The notes under the pieces are model-generated. The model ran no database searches. It saw only the letters and a list, made by a program, of their open reading frames with translations, and had not been told where the DNA came from. Of a DNA stretch of 64,000 bases, positions 30,017 through 40,539 are shown in pieces. The stretch is from Thermoanaerobaculia bacterium (GTDB taxonomy: Bacteria; Acidobacteriota; Thermoanaerobaculia; Multivoradales; Multivoraceae). Position numbers and translations under genes: made by a program. The stretch spans positions 2,720,001 through 2,784,000 of the forward strand of contig OY762911.1 in the NCBI GenBank assembly GCA_963666565.1. The letters are read 5' to 3'. Positions within the stretch are counted from its first letter, which is position 1. Each line of letters opens with the position of its first letter.

Positions 30017-31354
30017 CTAGTCGATGTAGCCGAGGCTCTTCAACTGGCGGACGTCCTCCTCGCTGAGGACGGTTCCGCTCTTCGCCTCGTACTTCGGCAG
30101 GTTCCGGTACCAGTTCACCAAGCGCCGGCCGAGCGGCGGCACGAGGTCGACGGGCGGCGCGGGCAGCGGCCGCTGCTCTTCCGGGTCGACCGTGAGGTCG
30201 AAGTACACCGTCCTGCGCTTCGAGAAGTCGTGGAGGACCTTGGCGCCGTCGAGTTCCATGCTGATCTGCAGGGGGTCCTCGTAGGGCGCGCTGCGGCGCG
30301 ACTTCGCCATCAGGGCGCTGTGCTTGTCGCCGACGACGAAGCGGGGCCGCTCCTCGCCGCCGGGTTCTTCGCCGACCGGCGCCAGGCTTCGCCCCTCGAC
30401 GTTGGCGGGGGCCTCCCGTTCGAGCAGGTCGAGGACGGTCGGCAGCACGTCGACCACGCCGACCGCGGCCTCGACGCGCCGGCCCGCGGGAACCCCTGGG
30501 CCCGCGAGGATCATGGGTATGCGCGCGTTGGGCCAGTGGACGTTCTTGCCGTGGCCCCAGTAGCCGTGCTCTCCCATGCTCTCGCCGTGATCGCTCAGGA
30601 ACAGGGTGTAGCGGGGGCCCGAGAGGAGCTCCTCGATCGCCTCGGACAGCCGGCCCAGCCAGTGGTCGACGTAGTTCACCTCCGACTGGTAGCGCCAGCG
30701 GCGCTGCCAACCGCTCGTGCGCTCGGCGCGGGGCGGCGGCGGGGGCGTGAAGCCGGTCCGTTCCAGGTACGGGTCGTGCGGGTCCGAGAAGTGGACCCAG
30801 AGAAAGAGCGGGCGCCCGCTCCGCTCCTCGTCGCCGGCGCGGACGCGCAGCCAGCGCTCCGCTGCCTTGGCGACGCTGTCGGCATGGCGCTCCATCACGC
30901 CGACGGCGTTGCGGGCCCGGTCGAACTCCTCGTCGTAGTGGTCGAAACCGCGGTCGAGGCCGACCAGGTCGGCCCGCAGCGTCCAGTTCGAGATGAAGGC
31001 GGCCGACTCGTAGCCCGCTTCGCCCAGGATCTCGGCCAGGACCGGGACGTCGGTTCGCATCCGCTGGGCGTTTCGCCGCGACCCGTGGGTCGGCGGGTAG
31101 AGCGACGTGAAGATCGAGGCGAAGGCGGGGCCGGTCTTGCCGATCGTCGTGTGCGCGTCCTCGAACAGCACGCCCGCCGCCGCGAGGTCGTCGATCGCGG
31201 GCGTCTCGGCGGTTTCGGCGCCGTAAGCCCCGATGGCGTCGGCGCGCAGGGTGTCCACCGAGAGCAGCACGAAGTGCGGCTCGGCCGCGGAAAGCGGGGC
31301 GCAGAACGCCGCCGCCAGCGCCGTCGCGACGAGCAGGCGTCGTGCGGCGTTCAC
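30017..31354 (-). CDS. Sulfatase-like (alkaline phosphatase superfamily) exported protein
   Basis: SVDTLRAD, TPAID, WVHFSDPHDPY, SDHGE, LKSLGYI; signal peptide; GTGA overlap with the upstream gene. Confidence 0.85.
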   Translation of the reverse strand: MNAARRLLVATALAAAFCAPLSAAEPHFVLLSVDTLRADAIGAYGAETAETPAIDDLAAAGVLFEDAHTTIGKTGPAFASIFTSLYPPTHGSRRNAQRMRTDVPVLAEILGEAGYESAAFISNWTLRADLVGLDRGFDHYDEEFDRARNAVGVMERHADSVAKAAERWLRVRAGDEERSGRPLFLWVHFSDPHDPYLERTGFTPPPPPRAERTSGWQRRWRYQSEVNYVDHWLGRLSEAIEELLSGPRYTLFLSDHGESMGEHGYWGHGKNVHWPNARIPMILAGPGVPAGRRVEAAVGVVDVLPTVLDLLEREAPANVEGRSLAPVGEEPGGEERPRFVVGDKHSALMAKSRRSAPYEDPLQISMELDGAKVLHDFSKRRTVYFDLTVDPEEQRPLPAPPVDLVPPLGRRLVNWYRNLPKYEAKSGTVLSEEDVRQLKSLGYID

Positions 31355-32286
31355 GCCGTGACGGCCCCGAAGGCGACGGCCTCTTCCCGGGTATCGATGT
31401 CCCGTGCCAGCGACATCGCCTCGACGACCGGCATGCGCACCTTGCGCTCCGGGTGCCGGCGCCGGTGCCGGCGCTTGATGAACATGCGGCGCAGCGCCAG
31501 TTCGAGCTCGGACTGCTGGATGACCTTCTCCTTGAGGCGCCGGGCCGCCCGCGTGCCGGACAGCAGCGTGTCCCAGGTGAAGGTGGGCAGCCGGAGGTTC
31601 AGCATGTGAATGAAGTCCTGGACGAGCATGATCCATAGCAGGCGCCGGGCCATGTAGCCGCTGCGGTAGAGGATCGGCCGGTTGCGCGTGCGGTAGCCGA
31701 GGTCCATCAGCCGGTAGATGAACTTCCAGCGGAGCGCCGCGGAGTCGAACATCGCCAGGTGGCCGGGCAGCACGGGGACCGGCGCCCCGCCGCCGTCGGG
31801 CTTGACGTGGTACTGCGGCTTCCACTCCGAGGCGCCGAGATTCTCCGGATCGCGTGGCGCCCGGACCATGGGGAAGAAGAAGTCGACCGGCCCGTTGCCC
31901 CAGTAGTCCTCGACGACCGTCCGGAGTTCGTCCGGTTCGGGCACGATGTCGCAGGTCGTGACCGCCAGCGGCCCGTCGCCGTGCCGGCGGCGGGCCGCCT
32001 CCACGCCGACCTGGATGTTGCGGCCGAAGCCGCCGTCCGTGTCGACCGGGATGCCGTCCCGCAGGGAGCGGTAGGCATGGCCGGGCCCGGCGACGTAGAT
32101 CGGGTCGAAGGCGTCGCTCTGGCGGATCCGCTCGATGACCACCTCGATCAGCGGCCTGCCGCCGATCTTCACGTCCACTCCCTTGATGCCGGCGAGCGGG
32201 TGCTTGGAGCGGCCTCCCGGCGGCATGTAGGCGGGCCGCCGGTCGCTGCCTCCGAGGATGACGAGGGGTACGTTCTTTCGGGTCAT
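31351..32286 (-). CDS. Putative MobA-like NTP transferase (GT-A fold)
   Basis: VILGGS...K...KIGGRPLIEVVIERI, TTCDI and C-terminal DIDT. Confidence 0.6.
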   Translation of the reverse strand: MTRKNVPLVILGGSDRRPAYMPPGGRSKHPLAGIKGVDVKIGGRPLIEVVIERIRQSDAFDPIYVAGPGHAYRSLRDGIPVDTDGGFGRNIQVGVEAARRRHGDGPLAVTTCDIVPEPDELRTVVEDYWGNGPVDFFFPMVRAPRDPENLGASEWKPQYHVKPDGGGAPVPVLPGHLAMFDSAALRWKFIYRLMDLGYRTRNRPILYRSGYMARRLLWIMLVQDFIHMLNLRLPTFTWDTLLSGTRAARRLKEKVIQQSELELALRRMFIKRRHRRRHPERKVRMPVVEAMSLARDIDTREEAVAFGAVTA

Positions 32287-32416
32287 CGGTCGTCCGGTTC
32301 TCTCGCTGTCGCGGGCCGGATTGTACGCCGGAGAATCCCGGCGCCCAAGACCCCGCCGGCAAGGGCGCTAGCATCCTGTTGACGGCGGCCTCGCCCGGCC
32401 GCCGGCGCCCCGCTCG

Positions 32417-33592
32417 ATGACTCTCCCAGCCCCGCCGACGCCAGAGGTCGTGGACCGCGACGACCGGTTGACCGCTCTCGCCGAACGCTGGCTGCGGGAG
32501 ACGGCGGTTGGCCTCGACACGGAGTTCGTGCGCGAGCGGACGTTCTTCGCCCAACTCGGCCTGATTCAGGTCGGCGACAGCCAGGGCTGCTACCTGGTCG
32601 ACATGGTCGCCATCGAGGACCGGTCGCCGCTGCTCGCGGTCGTGCGGGCGCCGAACGTGACGAAGGTGTTCCACTCGCCGAGCGAGGACCTGGAGATCTT
32701 CCACCAGGCCTTCGGCCAGGCGCCGGCGCCCCTGTTCGATTGCCAGGTCGCGGCCACGCTGTGCGGCATGGGCCGTTCGCTGGGCTACGTTCACCTGGTC
32801 TCCCATCTCTTCGACGTCGAACTGGGGAAGGGCGTGCAGCGGTCGAACTGGCTGCGGCGGCCGCTCAGCGAGGAGCAGGTGCGTTACGCCGGTCTCGACG
32901 TGGCCTACCTCCTGCCGGCCCACGAGCGGTTGCAGGCGGCGCTCGTCGAACTCGGTCGCGAAGCCTGGGCCGAGGAGGAGTTCGGGCGGCTGCTCGGTAC
33001 GGCCGAGGCGCGTCTCGACCCGGATTGGCCCTGGCGCCGCCTGCGGCGCCCCTCGATGTCGCGGCGCCAACTGGGAGCGCTCCGCGCGCTCTGCGACTGG
33101 CGCGAGCGCCGGGCCCGCCGCCGGGACTTGCCCAGGGGCTTCGTGCTGAGGGACGAGACCCTGGTCGACCTGGCGCGCCGGCTCCCGCGCTCCGCGGAGG
33201 AACTGGCGGGAGCGAAGAGTCTCGGACCGCGCCAGGCGCGGCGTTTCGGACCGGTGCTGCTCGAGCTGGTTCGCGGCGTCCGCTCGCTCCCGAAGGGCCG
33301 GCTTCCCGAGCGCACGGAACGCGCCGGCAGGGGATCGTCGAGCGGCCTGCTGGACGGATTGCGGAAACTGGTTGCGCGAGTCGCCGCCGATCTCGACGTT
33401 CCGGTCGAGTTCCTCGTGCGCCGGAAGGCGCTCGAAGCCTGGGCCTCGCGGAGCGGCGAGCGGAGAGAGTGGGCGTGGCCGGCGGAGCTGGAGGGCTGGC
33501 GCCGCTCCGTGCTCGAACCGGAGGTCGAGCGTTCCGGCCTGCTCGACACCGGGGTCGCGGGGAAACGGCGGAACGCGTCGCGGCGCCGCTGA
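32417..33592 (+). CDS. rnd: Ribonuclease D
   Basis: GLDTEFVRERTFFAQLGLIQ, FDCQVAA, SNWLRRPLSEEQVRYAGLDV, HRDC region, GWR tail. Confidence 0.92.
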   Translation: MTLPAPPTPEVVDRDDRLTALAERWLRETAVGLDTEFVRERTFFAQLGLIQVGDSQGCYLVDMVAIEDRSPLLAVVRAPNVTKVFHSPSEDLEIFHQAFGQAPAPLFDCQVAATLCGMGRSLGYVHLVSHLFDVELGKGVQRSNWLRRPLSEEQVRYAGLDVAYLLPAHERLQAALVELGREAWAEEEFGRLLGTAEARLDPDWPWRRLRRPSMSRRQLGALRALCDWRERRARRRDLPRGFVLRDETLVDLARRLPRSAEELAGAKSLGPRQARRFGPVLLELVRGVRSLPKGRLPERTERAGRGSSSGLLDGLRKLVARVAADLDVPVEFLVRRKALEAWASRSGERREWAWPAELEGWRRSVLEPEVERSGLLDTGVAGKRRNASRRR

Positions 33593-33646
33593 AGGGAGAC
33601 CGCCTCGCGTTGGGGGGCGCGGCGACTGGCGGTAGAGTCCGCCGCC

Positions 33647-34246
33647 GTGAAAGAGGTGATCGCGCAGGCACACGACATCGGCGACCTGTACGGCCTGTTC
33701 GGCGACCCCGCTCCCGCCGCCGTCGTCGTGCCCGAGGGTGCCGTGCCCCAGCCCCAACGCCGTCTCCTCGCTCACGAGAGCCACATGACCGTAACCCTGG
33801 AGGCGCACCACGGGGGCGCCGTCGAGGTGGAGGTTCTGGACCGGTTCGCGCGCGACGGCCGCTACGCGCGGAAGATCCTCCTGCGGCGCCCTGCCGGCGC
33901 CGGAAGGAGCGTGGGGCCGGGACCGGGCGCGGTGGTTCTGTTCGGGATCGTGCTGATCGACTTTCGGTTCACGACCGAGGCGGCCCGGCGCGAGATCGTG
34001 AGCGAAATGACGCCGCTCGGCCACGTGTTGATTCGCCACAGCCGGTTGCGGCGGATCAGCACCCACTGTCTGCTCGAGATCGAGCCGGACGAGGAACTCC
34101 ACCGGCACTTCGGGCTCGGCGCCCTCGCGTCTCGAAAGGACGACCGGTTGCGGGTCCATGGCCGCCTGGCGACGATCTTCTGCGACGAGCGGCCGGCCGT
34201 CGAACTGCTGGAGGTCGTGCCGCCGGGTCCGACGGCTCAGCCGTAG
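33647..34246 (+). CDS. Hypothetical protein, probable chorismate-lyase-like fold
   Basis: LLAHESHMTVTLE, YARKILL, PLGHVL, GRLATI...ELLE resemble the UbiC/DUF98 pattern. Confidence 0.55.
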   Translation: MKEVIAQAHDIGDLYGLFGDPAPAAVVVPEGAVPQPQRRLLAHESHMTVTLEAHHGGAVEVEVLDRFARDGRYARKILLRRPAGAGRSVGPGPGAVVLFGIVLIDFRFTTEAARREIVSEMTPLGHVLIRHSRLRRISTHCLLEIEPDEELHRHFGLGALASRKDDRLRVHGRLATIFCDERPAVELLEVVPPGPTAQP

Positions 34247-34349
34247 TCGGAGCGGTCGACAACCGACGCGCGACGACCGGTCCGGCCGGGAGCGCGGGGA
34301 AGTCCCCGGTTGGCTGGCGACGTCGACCGCTTGTCCGGTCGGGTCGCGC

Positions 34350-35336
34350 TCAGGCTCGCTCGATCGGGAACGGGACGAGTTCGTCGATGCCGTTCGCATC
34401 CAGTTCGAGTCCCAGCAAGCGGTCGAGGCCCAGGGCGACGCCGGCGCACTCGGGGAGACCGGCTTCGAGGGCGGCGAGGAAACGGTGCGGTATCGGCGGC
34501 AAGGGCCGGCCGAGTTCGCGCCTGCGGGCACGGTCGGACTCGAGTCGCTGACGCTGCTCGCGCGGGTCGACCAGTTCGCCGTAGCCGTTGGCGAGTTCGA
34601 TGCCGCCGACGTAGGCCTCGAATCGCTCCGCCGTGCGCGGGTCGCTCGCGTCGATCCGCGCCATCGCGGCCTGGGAGGCCGGGTAGCCGAAGACGATCGT
34701 GACGCGGTCGGGCGCGAGCCTGGGTTCGACGCGCTCGCCGAACAGCCGCGAGAGCAGGTCGTCCCGGTCGAGGCCGCTGGTTTCGACGGGTGCGCGGGCG
34801 TCCTCGACGGCGCGCCGCAGGTCGCCCGTCGAGGCGCCGTACGGGTCGATCCCGGCGTGCCGCCGCAGGAGATCGGCGTAGCTCACGTACTCCGCCGGCT
34901 CGAGGCGGCGCGAGCCGGAGAGGAGGGTCTCGATCAGGGCCGCGACTTCACGCATCAGCCGGTGGACGTCCCAGCCGACCCGGTACCACTCCAGGATCGT
35001 GAACTCGGGGTTGTGCCAGCGCCCCCGTTCGCCGCCGCGGAACGCCTTGCACACCTGGTAGATCGAGCCGGAACCGGCGGCCAGCAGGCGCTTCATCGCC
35101 AGTTCCGGCGAGGTCTGAAGGTACATCCGCCGGCGCTCGATCCCCGGCGCGTCGACCCTGGAGCTCAGGGGTTCCAGGTGCAGGTCGAGAGTCGTCTCGG
35201 CCGAGAGCAGGGGTGTTTCGACTTCCAGGACGCGCCGTTCCGCGAAGAAGGCGCGCAGCCTGGCGAGCATCGCCGCGCGCCGCTCCAGGGCCGCTGGCCC
35301 GGCGGTGGGCCGCCAGTCCGCGGCGTGGCCGGTCAC
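34350..35336 (-). CDS. epmA: EF-P beta-lysylation ligase EpmA (GenX/PoxA)
   Basis: YLQTSPELAMKRLL, HNPEFTILEWYR, ERFEAY.GGIELANGY, GVALGLDRL; adjacent to efp. Confidence 0.95.
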   Translation of the reverse strand: MTGHAADWRPTAGPAALERRAAMLARLRAFFAERRVLEVETPLLSAETTLDLHLEPLSSRVDAPGIERRRMYLQTSPELAMKRLLAAGSGSIYQVCKAFRGGERGRWHNPEFTILEWYRVGWDVHRLMREVAALIETLLSGSRRLEPAEYVSYADLLRRHAGIDPYGASTGDLRRAVEDARAPVETSGLDRDDLLSRLFGERVEPRLAPDRVTIVFGYPASQAAMARIDASDPRTAERFEAYVGGIELANGYGELVDPREQRQRLESDRARRRELGRPLPPIPHRFLAALEAGLPECAGVALGLDRLLGLELDANGIDELVPFPIERA

Positions 35337-35339
35337 CGC

Positions 35340-35909
35340 TTACGTCTTGCCGCGGGAAACGTACTCGCCGGTGCGGGTGTCGACCCGGATCGACTCGCCG
35401 GTCTGGATGAAGAGCGGCACCTTGACCACCGCGCCGGTTTCGAGCTTCGCCGGCTTGCTGCCGCCGCTCGAGGTGTCTCCCTTCAGCCCGGGGTCCGTCT
35501 CGACGACCTCCCGGACGACGAAGTTCGGCGCCGCGACGAGGATCGGATGGCCGTTCCAGAGCGTCACGCTGCAGACGTCCTCCTCCTTGATCCACTGCTC
35601 GGCGCCGCCCAGGGCCGCGGCGTCGGCCTCGACCTGGTCGTAGGTGTCGGGGTTCATGAAGAACCAGTGCCCGCCGTCCGCGTAGAGGTACTGCATCGAG
35701 GTCTCGATCACGTCGGCGCCCTCGAGCAGGTCGCCCGGCTTGTAGGTCTTCTCGTTGACCCGTCCGTTCAGGAGGTTGCGCATCTTGACCCGGGTGAACG
35801 CCTGACCCTTGCCGGGCTTGATGAAGTCGCACGAGATGATGACGTTCGGCTCGCCGCTCTCGAGCACCTTGAGCCCGGTGCGGACCTGGTTCATGTTGTA
35901 GCTGGCCAT
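35340..35909 (-). CDS. efp: Elongation factor P
   Basis: [36 protein letters not shown]; start at ATG 35909. Confidence 0.96.
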   Translation of the reverse strand: MASYNMNQVRTGLKVLESGEPNVIISCDFIKPGKGQAFTRVKMRNLLNGRVNEKTYKPGDLLEGADVIETSMQYLYADGGHWFFMNPDTYDQVEADAAALGGAEQWIKEEDVCSVTLWNGHPILVAAPNFVVREVVETDPGLKGDTSSGGSKPAKLETGAVVKVPLFIQTGESIRVDTRTGEYVSRGKT

Positions 35910-36050
35910 CGATCCCGAACGCCCTCCGGCGACGCTGCCGTTGCCGCGAACCCTAGCAGTCGGCGCCGCGGTGAAACTCGCGGCCTTCCTGCTCCGTTGT
36001 AAGGCGACAGGGAGGGAACACCATTCCCCGGAACCCACAGGGAGAACGCG

Positions 36051-37256
36051 ATGACCGACCAACCTTCGATCCCCGCTCCGGCTTCCAACGCTCCGATCCG
36101 CCGCCGCGGACCGCGACTCCCGCGTTGCGGCCTCGCGATCGCGACGCTGGCCGCGGCCGCGTTGCTCGCGGCGCCCGCTTCCGCCGAGTTCGACGAGAGC
36201 CACCGCTTCGACGCCCGTTCGTTGCAGGTCACCAACCTGATCGGCAAGGTGACGATCGGACAGGCGACCGGCGACGAGTTCGAGGTCGCCGTCTCCGTGC
36301 GCGGCGCCGATGGCCTGCCGCGGAACATCGCGATCGAGCAGGAGCGCGGCTCGCGCGCCCGGCTGGACGTCGTCTTCCCGGTCGACGACGAGCGCCGTTT
36401 CGTCTACCCGGAGTTCAGCCGCCGGCGCGCCCAGCTCTGGTTCCGGGAAGGCCGCTCACGCAGCCTGCTGGGGGAGATCCTGCGGTCCGTTTCGGGCCGC
36501 CGGATCCGGGTCGAACGGAGGGGCAGCGGCATGGAAGTCTGGGCCGACGTGACGATCCTCGTGCCCGCCGGCGCGTCGCTGAAGCTCGAGCACGGCGCCG
36601 GCGACGTGGAGATCGAAGGCGTCGCGGCCGACCTCGACGTGGACGTGAAGGCCGGCGCGATGGAGGCGGCCGGGCTGGACGGCCAGGTCGGGCTCAGAGT
36701 CGGCAGCGGCCGGCTGAACGTGAGCGACGCGCGTGGCGAGCTGAATCTCGACACGGGCAGCGGCGGGGTTTCGCTGGACGGCTTCGAGGGCGGCGCGCTC
36801 GAGATCGACACGGGCAGCGGGTCCGTCGAAGTGGCGGAAGCGACCGCGGAGACCGTGGAGATCGACACGGGCAGCGGCGGCGTGAGAGTGAACGGGGCCG
36901 AGGCCGAGATGCTCGCGATCGACACGGGCAGCGGCAGCGTCCGGGTCGCCGCCGCCGCGGTCGACGCCGCGGAGATCGACACCGGGAGCGGCAGTGTCCG
37001 TCTCGCGCTCGACCGGATGGGCGGCGGGAACTTCGACATCGACACCGGCTCGGGCGGCATCTCCGTGCTCGTTCCCGAGGACGTGTCCGCCCGGTTCGAC
37101 ATCGACGTCGGCTCCGGCGGCATCGAGGTCGACGTGCCGATCGCCAGAACGCTGCACAAGAGCCGGGGCGAGATGCGGTTCGTGGCCGGCGATGGCGACG
37201 CGAACGTGGTTCTGGACACCGGCTCCGGCGGCGTCCGGATCGCGACCGTGGACTGA
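36051..37256 (+). CDS. DUF4097-type beta-strand repeat (putative adhesin) exported protein
   Basis: Signal peptide; many DTGSG repeats at roughly 20-aa spacing. Confidence 0.8.
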   Translation: MTDQPSIPAPASNAPIRRRGPRLPRCGLAIATLAAAALLAAPASAEFDESHRFDARSLQVTNLIGKVTIGQATGDEFEVAVSVRGADGLPRNIAIEQERGSRARLDVVFPVDDERRFVYPEFSRRRAQLWFREGRSRSLLGEILRSVSGRRIRVERRGSGMEVWADVTILVPAGASLKLEHGAGDVEIEGVAADLDVDVKAGAMEAAGLDGQVGLRVGSGRLNVSDARGELNLDTGSGGVSLDGFEGGALEIDTGSGSVEVAEATAETVEIDTGSGGVRVNGAEAEMLAIDTGSGSVRVAAAAVDAAEIDTGSGSVRLALDRMGGGNFDIDTGSGGISVLVPEDVSARFDIDVGSGGIEVDVPIARTLHKSRGEMRFVAGDGDANVVLDTGSGGVRIATVD

Positions 37257-37302
37257 CCGATCCGGCGCGGGCCGTCGGGCCGGGCGCCCGGCCGTGAGCC
37301 TG

Positions 37303-37782
37303 CTACGCGGGCAGGCCGGCCATCGAGCAGACGATGCGCCACTCCCGTTCCGTCACCGGCTGCACGGAGAGCCGCTGGCCCCGGCGGAGCAGGGCCATTC
37401 CCTCCAGGTCGGGCCGCTGCCGCAGTTCGGCCAGGGTGACGGGCTCGTCGAACTTCCGCTCGAACTCGATGTCCACCAGGTACCACCGGGGGTTCTCCGG
37501 GTCCGACTTCGGGTCGTAGTGGGAGTCGTCCGGGTCGAACTGGGTCGGATCCGGGTACGACTCGCTGCACACCCGCGCCAGGCCGACCACCGCCGTCGGC
37601 TTGGCGTTCGAGTGGTAGTAGAGAACCCCGTCGCCGACCCGCATCCGGTCCCGCATCAGATTGCGGGCCTGGTAGTTCCGCACGCCGTCCCAGTACGTCT
37701 TGCCGTCGCGGGCCAGGTCGTCGATCGAGTACTCGCCCGGTTCGCTCTTCATCAGCCAGTACTGGCGGGATTCGTCCGTCAT
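37303..37782 (-). CDS. EVE domain protein
   Basis: YWLMKSEP, WDGVRNYQARN, YYHSN, YDPKS, RLSVQPV. Confidence 0.93.
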   Translation of the reverse strand: MTDESRQYWLMKSEPGEYSIDDLARDGKTYWDGVRNYQARNLMRDRMRVGDGVLYYHSNAKPTAVVGLARVCSESYPDPTQFDPDDSHYDPKSDPENPRWYLVDIEFERKFDEPVTLAELRQRPDLEGMALLRRGQRLSVQPVTEREWRIVCSMAGLPA

Positions 37783-37801
37783 GGGGGCCTCCTTGTCGTG
37801 G

Positions 37802-38712
37802 CTACAGGATGCTCCGTCCGAAGAGGGAGCAGAGCAGATCGAGGGCGAGCTTTGCCGTCCGGTTCCGGGTGTCGAGGATCGGATTCACTTCGACCACGTC
37901 GACCGAGCCGAGACGGCCGTGTTCGGCGATCAGCTCCATCAGCAGGTGGCCCTCGCGGTAGCTCAGGCCGCCGGGCGCCTGGGTGCCGACGCCGGGGGCC
38001 TCGCGCGGATCGATGCAGTCGAGGTCGAGCGAGACGTGGATGCGGTCGACATCGTCGAGACGCTCGAGGGCTTCGGCGGCGAGCGGCGCCAGGCCACGCT
38101 CGTCGATCTGCCGCATCGTGTAGGCGGCGACGCCGGCCGAGTGGATCAGTTCCTGCTCGCCGGGGTCGAGATCCCGCACGCCGAACAGGACGACGTCTTC
38201 GGTTCGCAGCTTGGCGCCGGGCCGGCCCACGTTGACGAGTTGCGGTGCGCCGTGGCCGCAGAGCGCGGCCAGGGGCATGCCGTGGAGGTTGCCGCTCGGC
38301 GAGGTTTCGGGCGTGTTGAAGTCGCCGTGGGCGTCGATCCACAGATCCACAGGACGCCGGTGCGCCGCTCGTGCGTGACGCCGCCGATCGTGCCGACGGC
38401 GATCGAGTGGTCGCCGCCGAGCACGAGCGGCAGGGCGCCGTCGGCCACCGCCTGCCGGCTCGCCTCGTAGATGCGCTCGCAGGCGTCGACGACGGGCGGC
38501 AGGAAGCCCAGGCCCGGTTCTTCGGCCAGCGCGTCCCGCTCGACGGTCTCGATGTTGCCCCGATCCTCGACGCGGTAGCCGAGCCGGGTCAGGGCCGACT
38601 TGAGGCCGGCGTAGCGGAGAGCGGTGGGGCCGAGGTCCACGCCGCGGCGGGACTGCCCGAGGTCCAGCGGCGCGCCGACGACGCGGATCGTGGTCCGGGC
38701 GGGGCTGGGCAT
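37802..38712 (-). pseudogene. rocF: Arginase frameshifted by an 8-bp duplication
   Basis: GGDHSIAVG in one frame; [22 protein letters not shown] and VEVNP in another; tandem gatccaca at 38336-38343 and 38344-38351. Confidence 0.88.
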
Positions 38713-38748
38713 GGGCGGGAAGTTAGCAACTAGGATGCGAAGCCAGAA

Positions 38749-40539
38749 ATGTCCGTTCGCAACTTCTGCATCATCGCCCACATCGACCACGGCAAGTCGA
38801 CGCTGGCCGACCGTCTGATCCAGCACTGCGGGGCGGTCGAGGACCGCCAGTTCCGCGACCAGATCCTCGACTCGATGGACATCGAGCGGGAGCGGGGCAT
38901 CACGATCAAGAGCAACACGGTGACCCTCCGGCACCAGGACGCCGAGGGCCGGCCCTGCCGCCTGAACCTGATCGACACGCCGGGCCACGTCGACTTCTCG
39001 CACGAGGTGCGGCGCTCGCTCATGTCCTGCGAGGGGGCGCTGCTCCTGATCGACGCGTCGCAGGGCGTCGAGGCGCAGACGGTCGCGAACCTCTACCTGG
39101 CGCTGGAGTACGACCTGACGATCATCCCGGTGATCAACAAGATCGACCTGCCGTCGGCCGACGTGGACCGGGTGCGCGAGGAGATCGACAGCGACCTGGG
39201 GCTCGATCCGTTCGAGGCGGTGCTGTGCTCGGCGAAGACGGGCGAGGGCGTCGAGGACGTGCTCGACGCGATCGTGACCCGGTTGCCGGCGCCGGAGGAG
39301 GACTCGTCGGCCCCGCTCCGGGCGCTCGTGTTCGATGCCCAGTACGACCCCTACCGCGGCGTCGTCCTGCTGGTGCGGGTGCGCGAAGGATCGCTCCGGC
39401 CGAAGCAGAAGATCCGCCTGATGCACACGGGCAGCGAGCACGACGTGGAGGAGCTCGGCACTTTGCTGCTCAAGCGCCGGCGGAGCGAGTCGCTCGAGGC
39501 CGGCTCGGTGGGCTACGTGATCGCCGGCATCCGCAACATCTCCGAGATCGACATCGGCGACACGATCACGAGCGCCGCGGGCGGCGCGGCCGAGCCGATC
39601 CCCGGCTACCGCGAGGCCAAGCCGGTCGTCTTCTCGTCGATGTACCCGGTGTCGAGCCACGACTACGAGGACCTGACGCGGGCGCTCGAAAAGCTCGCGT
39701 TGAACGACGCTTCGCTGACCTTCGAGAAGGACTCGTCGTCGGCGCTCGGCTTCGGCTTCCGCTGCGGGTTCCTCGGGCTCCTGCACCTGGACGTGGTGCA
39801 GGAGCGCCTGGAACGTGAGTACGGGCTGTCGCTCGTGCTCTCCGCGCCGTCGGTGCGCTACCGGGTGGAGATGTCGGACGGCGCCGAGAGGCGGATCGAC
39901 AACCCGGCCGCCTACCCGGACCCGTCCGAGATCGAGAGCGTCGCCGAGCCGTACATCAAGGCGGCGATCATGTTGCCGGAGCGCTACCTCGGGGCGGTCA
40001 TGGAACTCTGCCTGGAGCGCCGCGGCGGCAAGACGAACATCCACTACCTGGCGGTGGGCCGGGTCGAACTGACCTGCGAGCTGCCGCTCGCCGAGGTGCT
40101 GTTCGACTTCTACGACCGGCTGAAGACGGTGACCCAGGGCTACGGCTCGTTCGACTACGAGCTGATCGGCCTGCGGCCGACGGATCTCGTCAAGGTCGAC
40201 ATCCTGGTCAACGGCGAGCGGGTCGACGCGCTGTCCCAGCTCGTCCACCGCGAAAAGGCGCGCCCGCGGGCGCTCCGCTACTGCGAGCGGCTCAAGGACA
40301 CGATCCCGCGCCAGCAGTTCAAGATCGCCATCCAGGGCGCCATCGGCGGCCAGATCATCGCCCGCACGACGATCGGCGCCTTCCGCAAGGACGTCACCGC
40401 CAAGTGCTACGGCGGCGACATCACCCGCAAGCGCAAGCTGCTGGAGAAGCAACGCGAGGGCAAGAAGCGGATGAAGCGCGTCGGCTCGGTGGACATCCCG
40501 CAGGAGGCGTTCGTGTCCGTGTTGCGCAGCGACGGGTAG
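38749..40539 (+). CDS. lepA: Elongation factor 4 (LepA)
   Basis: IAHIDHGKSTLADR, DTPGHVDF, GFRCGFLGLLH, KCYGGDITRKRKLLEKQ. Confidence 0.97.
   Translation: MSVRNFCIIAHIDHGKSTLADRLIQHCGAVEDRQFRDQILDSMDIERERGITIKSNTVTLRHQDAEGRPCRLNLIDTPGHVDFSHEVRRSLMSCEGALLLIDASQGVEAQTVANLYLALEYDLTIIPVINKIDLPSADVDRVREEIDSDLGLDPFEAVLCSAKTGEGVEDVLDAIVTRLPAPEEDSSAPLRALVFDAQYDPYRGVVLLVRVREGSLRPKQKIRLMHTGSEHDVEELGTLLLKRRRSESLEAGSVGYVIAGIRNISEIDIGDTITSAAGGAAEPIPGYREAKPVVFSSMYPVSSHDYEDLTRALEKLALNDASLTFEKDSSSALGFGFRCGFLGLLHLDVVQERLEREYGLSLVLSAPSVRYRVEMSDGAERRIDNPAAYPDPSEIESVAEPYIKAAIMLPERYLGAVMELCLERRGGKTNIHYLAVGRVELTCELPLAEVLFDFYDRLKTVTQGYGSFDYELIGLRPTDLVKVDILVNGERVDALSQLVHREKARPRALRYCERLKDTIPRQQFKIAIQGAIGGQIIARTTIGAFRKDVTAKCYGGDITRKRKLLEKQREGKKRMKRVGSVDIPQEAFVSVLRSDG

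Noticed and set aside
34250-34332. Stem agcggtcgac/gtcgaccgct between convergent genes
   Set aside because: A single 10-bp stem with no similarity to the repeat families; at most a terminator-like structure.
36740-37240. Regularly spaced gacacgggcagcgg repeats resembling a CRISPR array
   Set aside because: They are in-frame DTGSG protein repeats with synonymous variation, and no cas genes are present.
38336-38351. Programmed ribosomal frameshift in arginase
   Set aside because: There is no slippery heptamer, and an exact 8-bp duplication explains the break.
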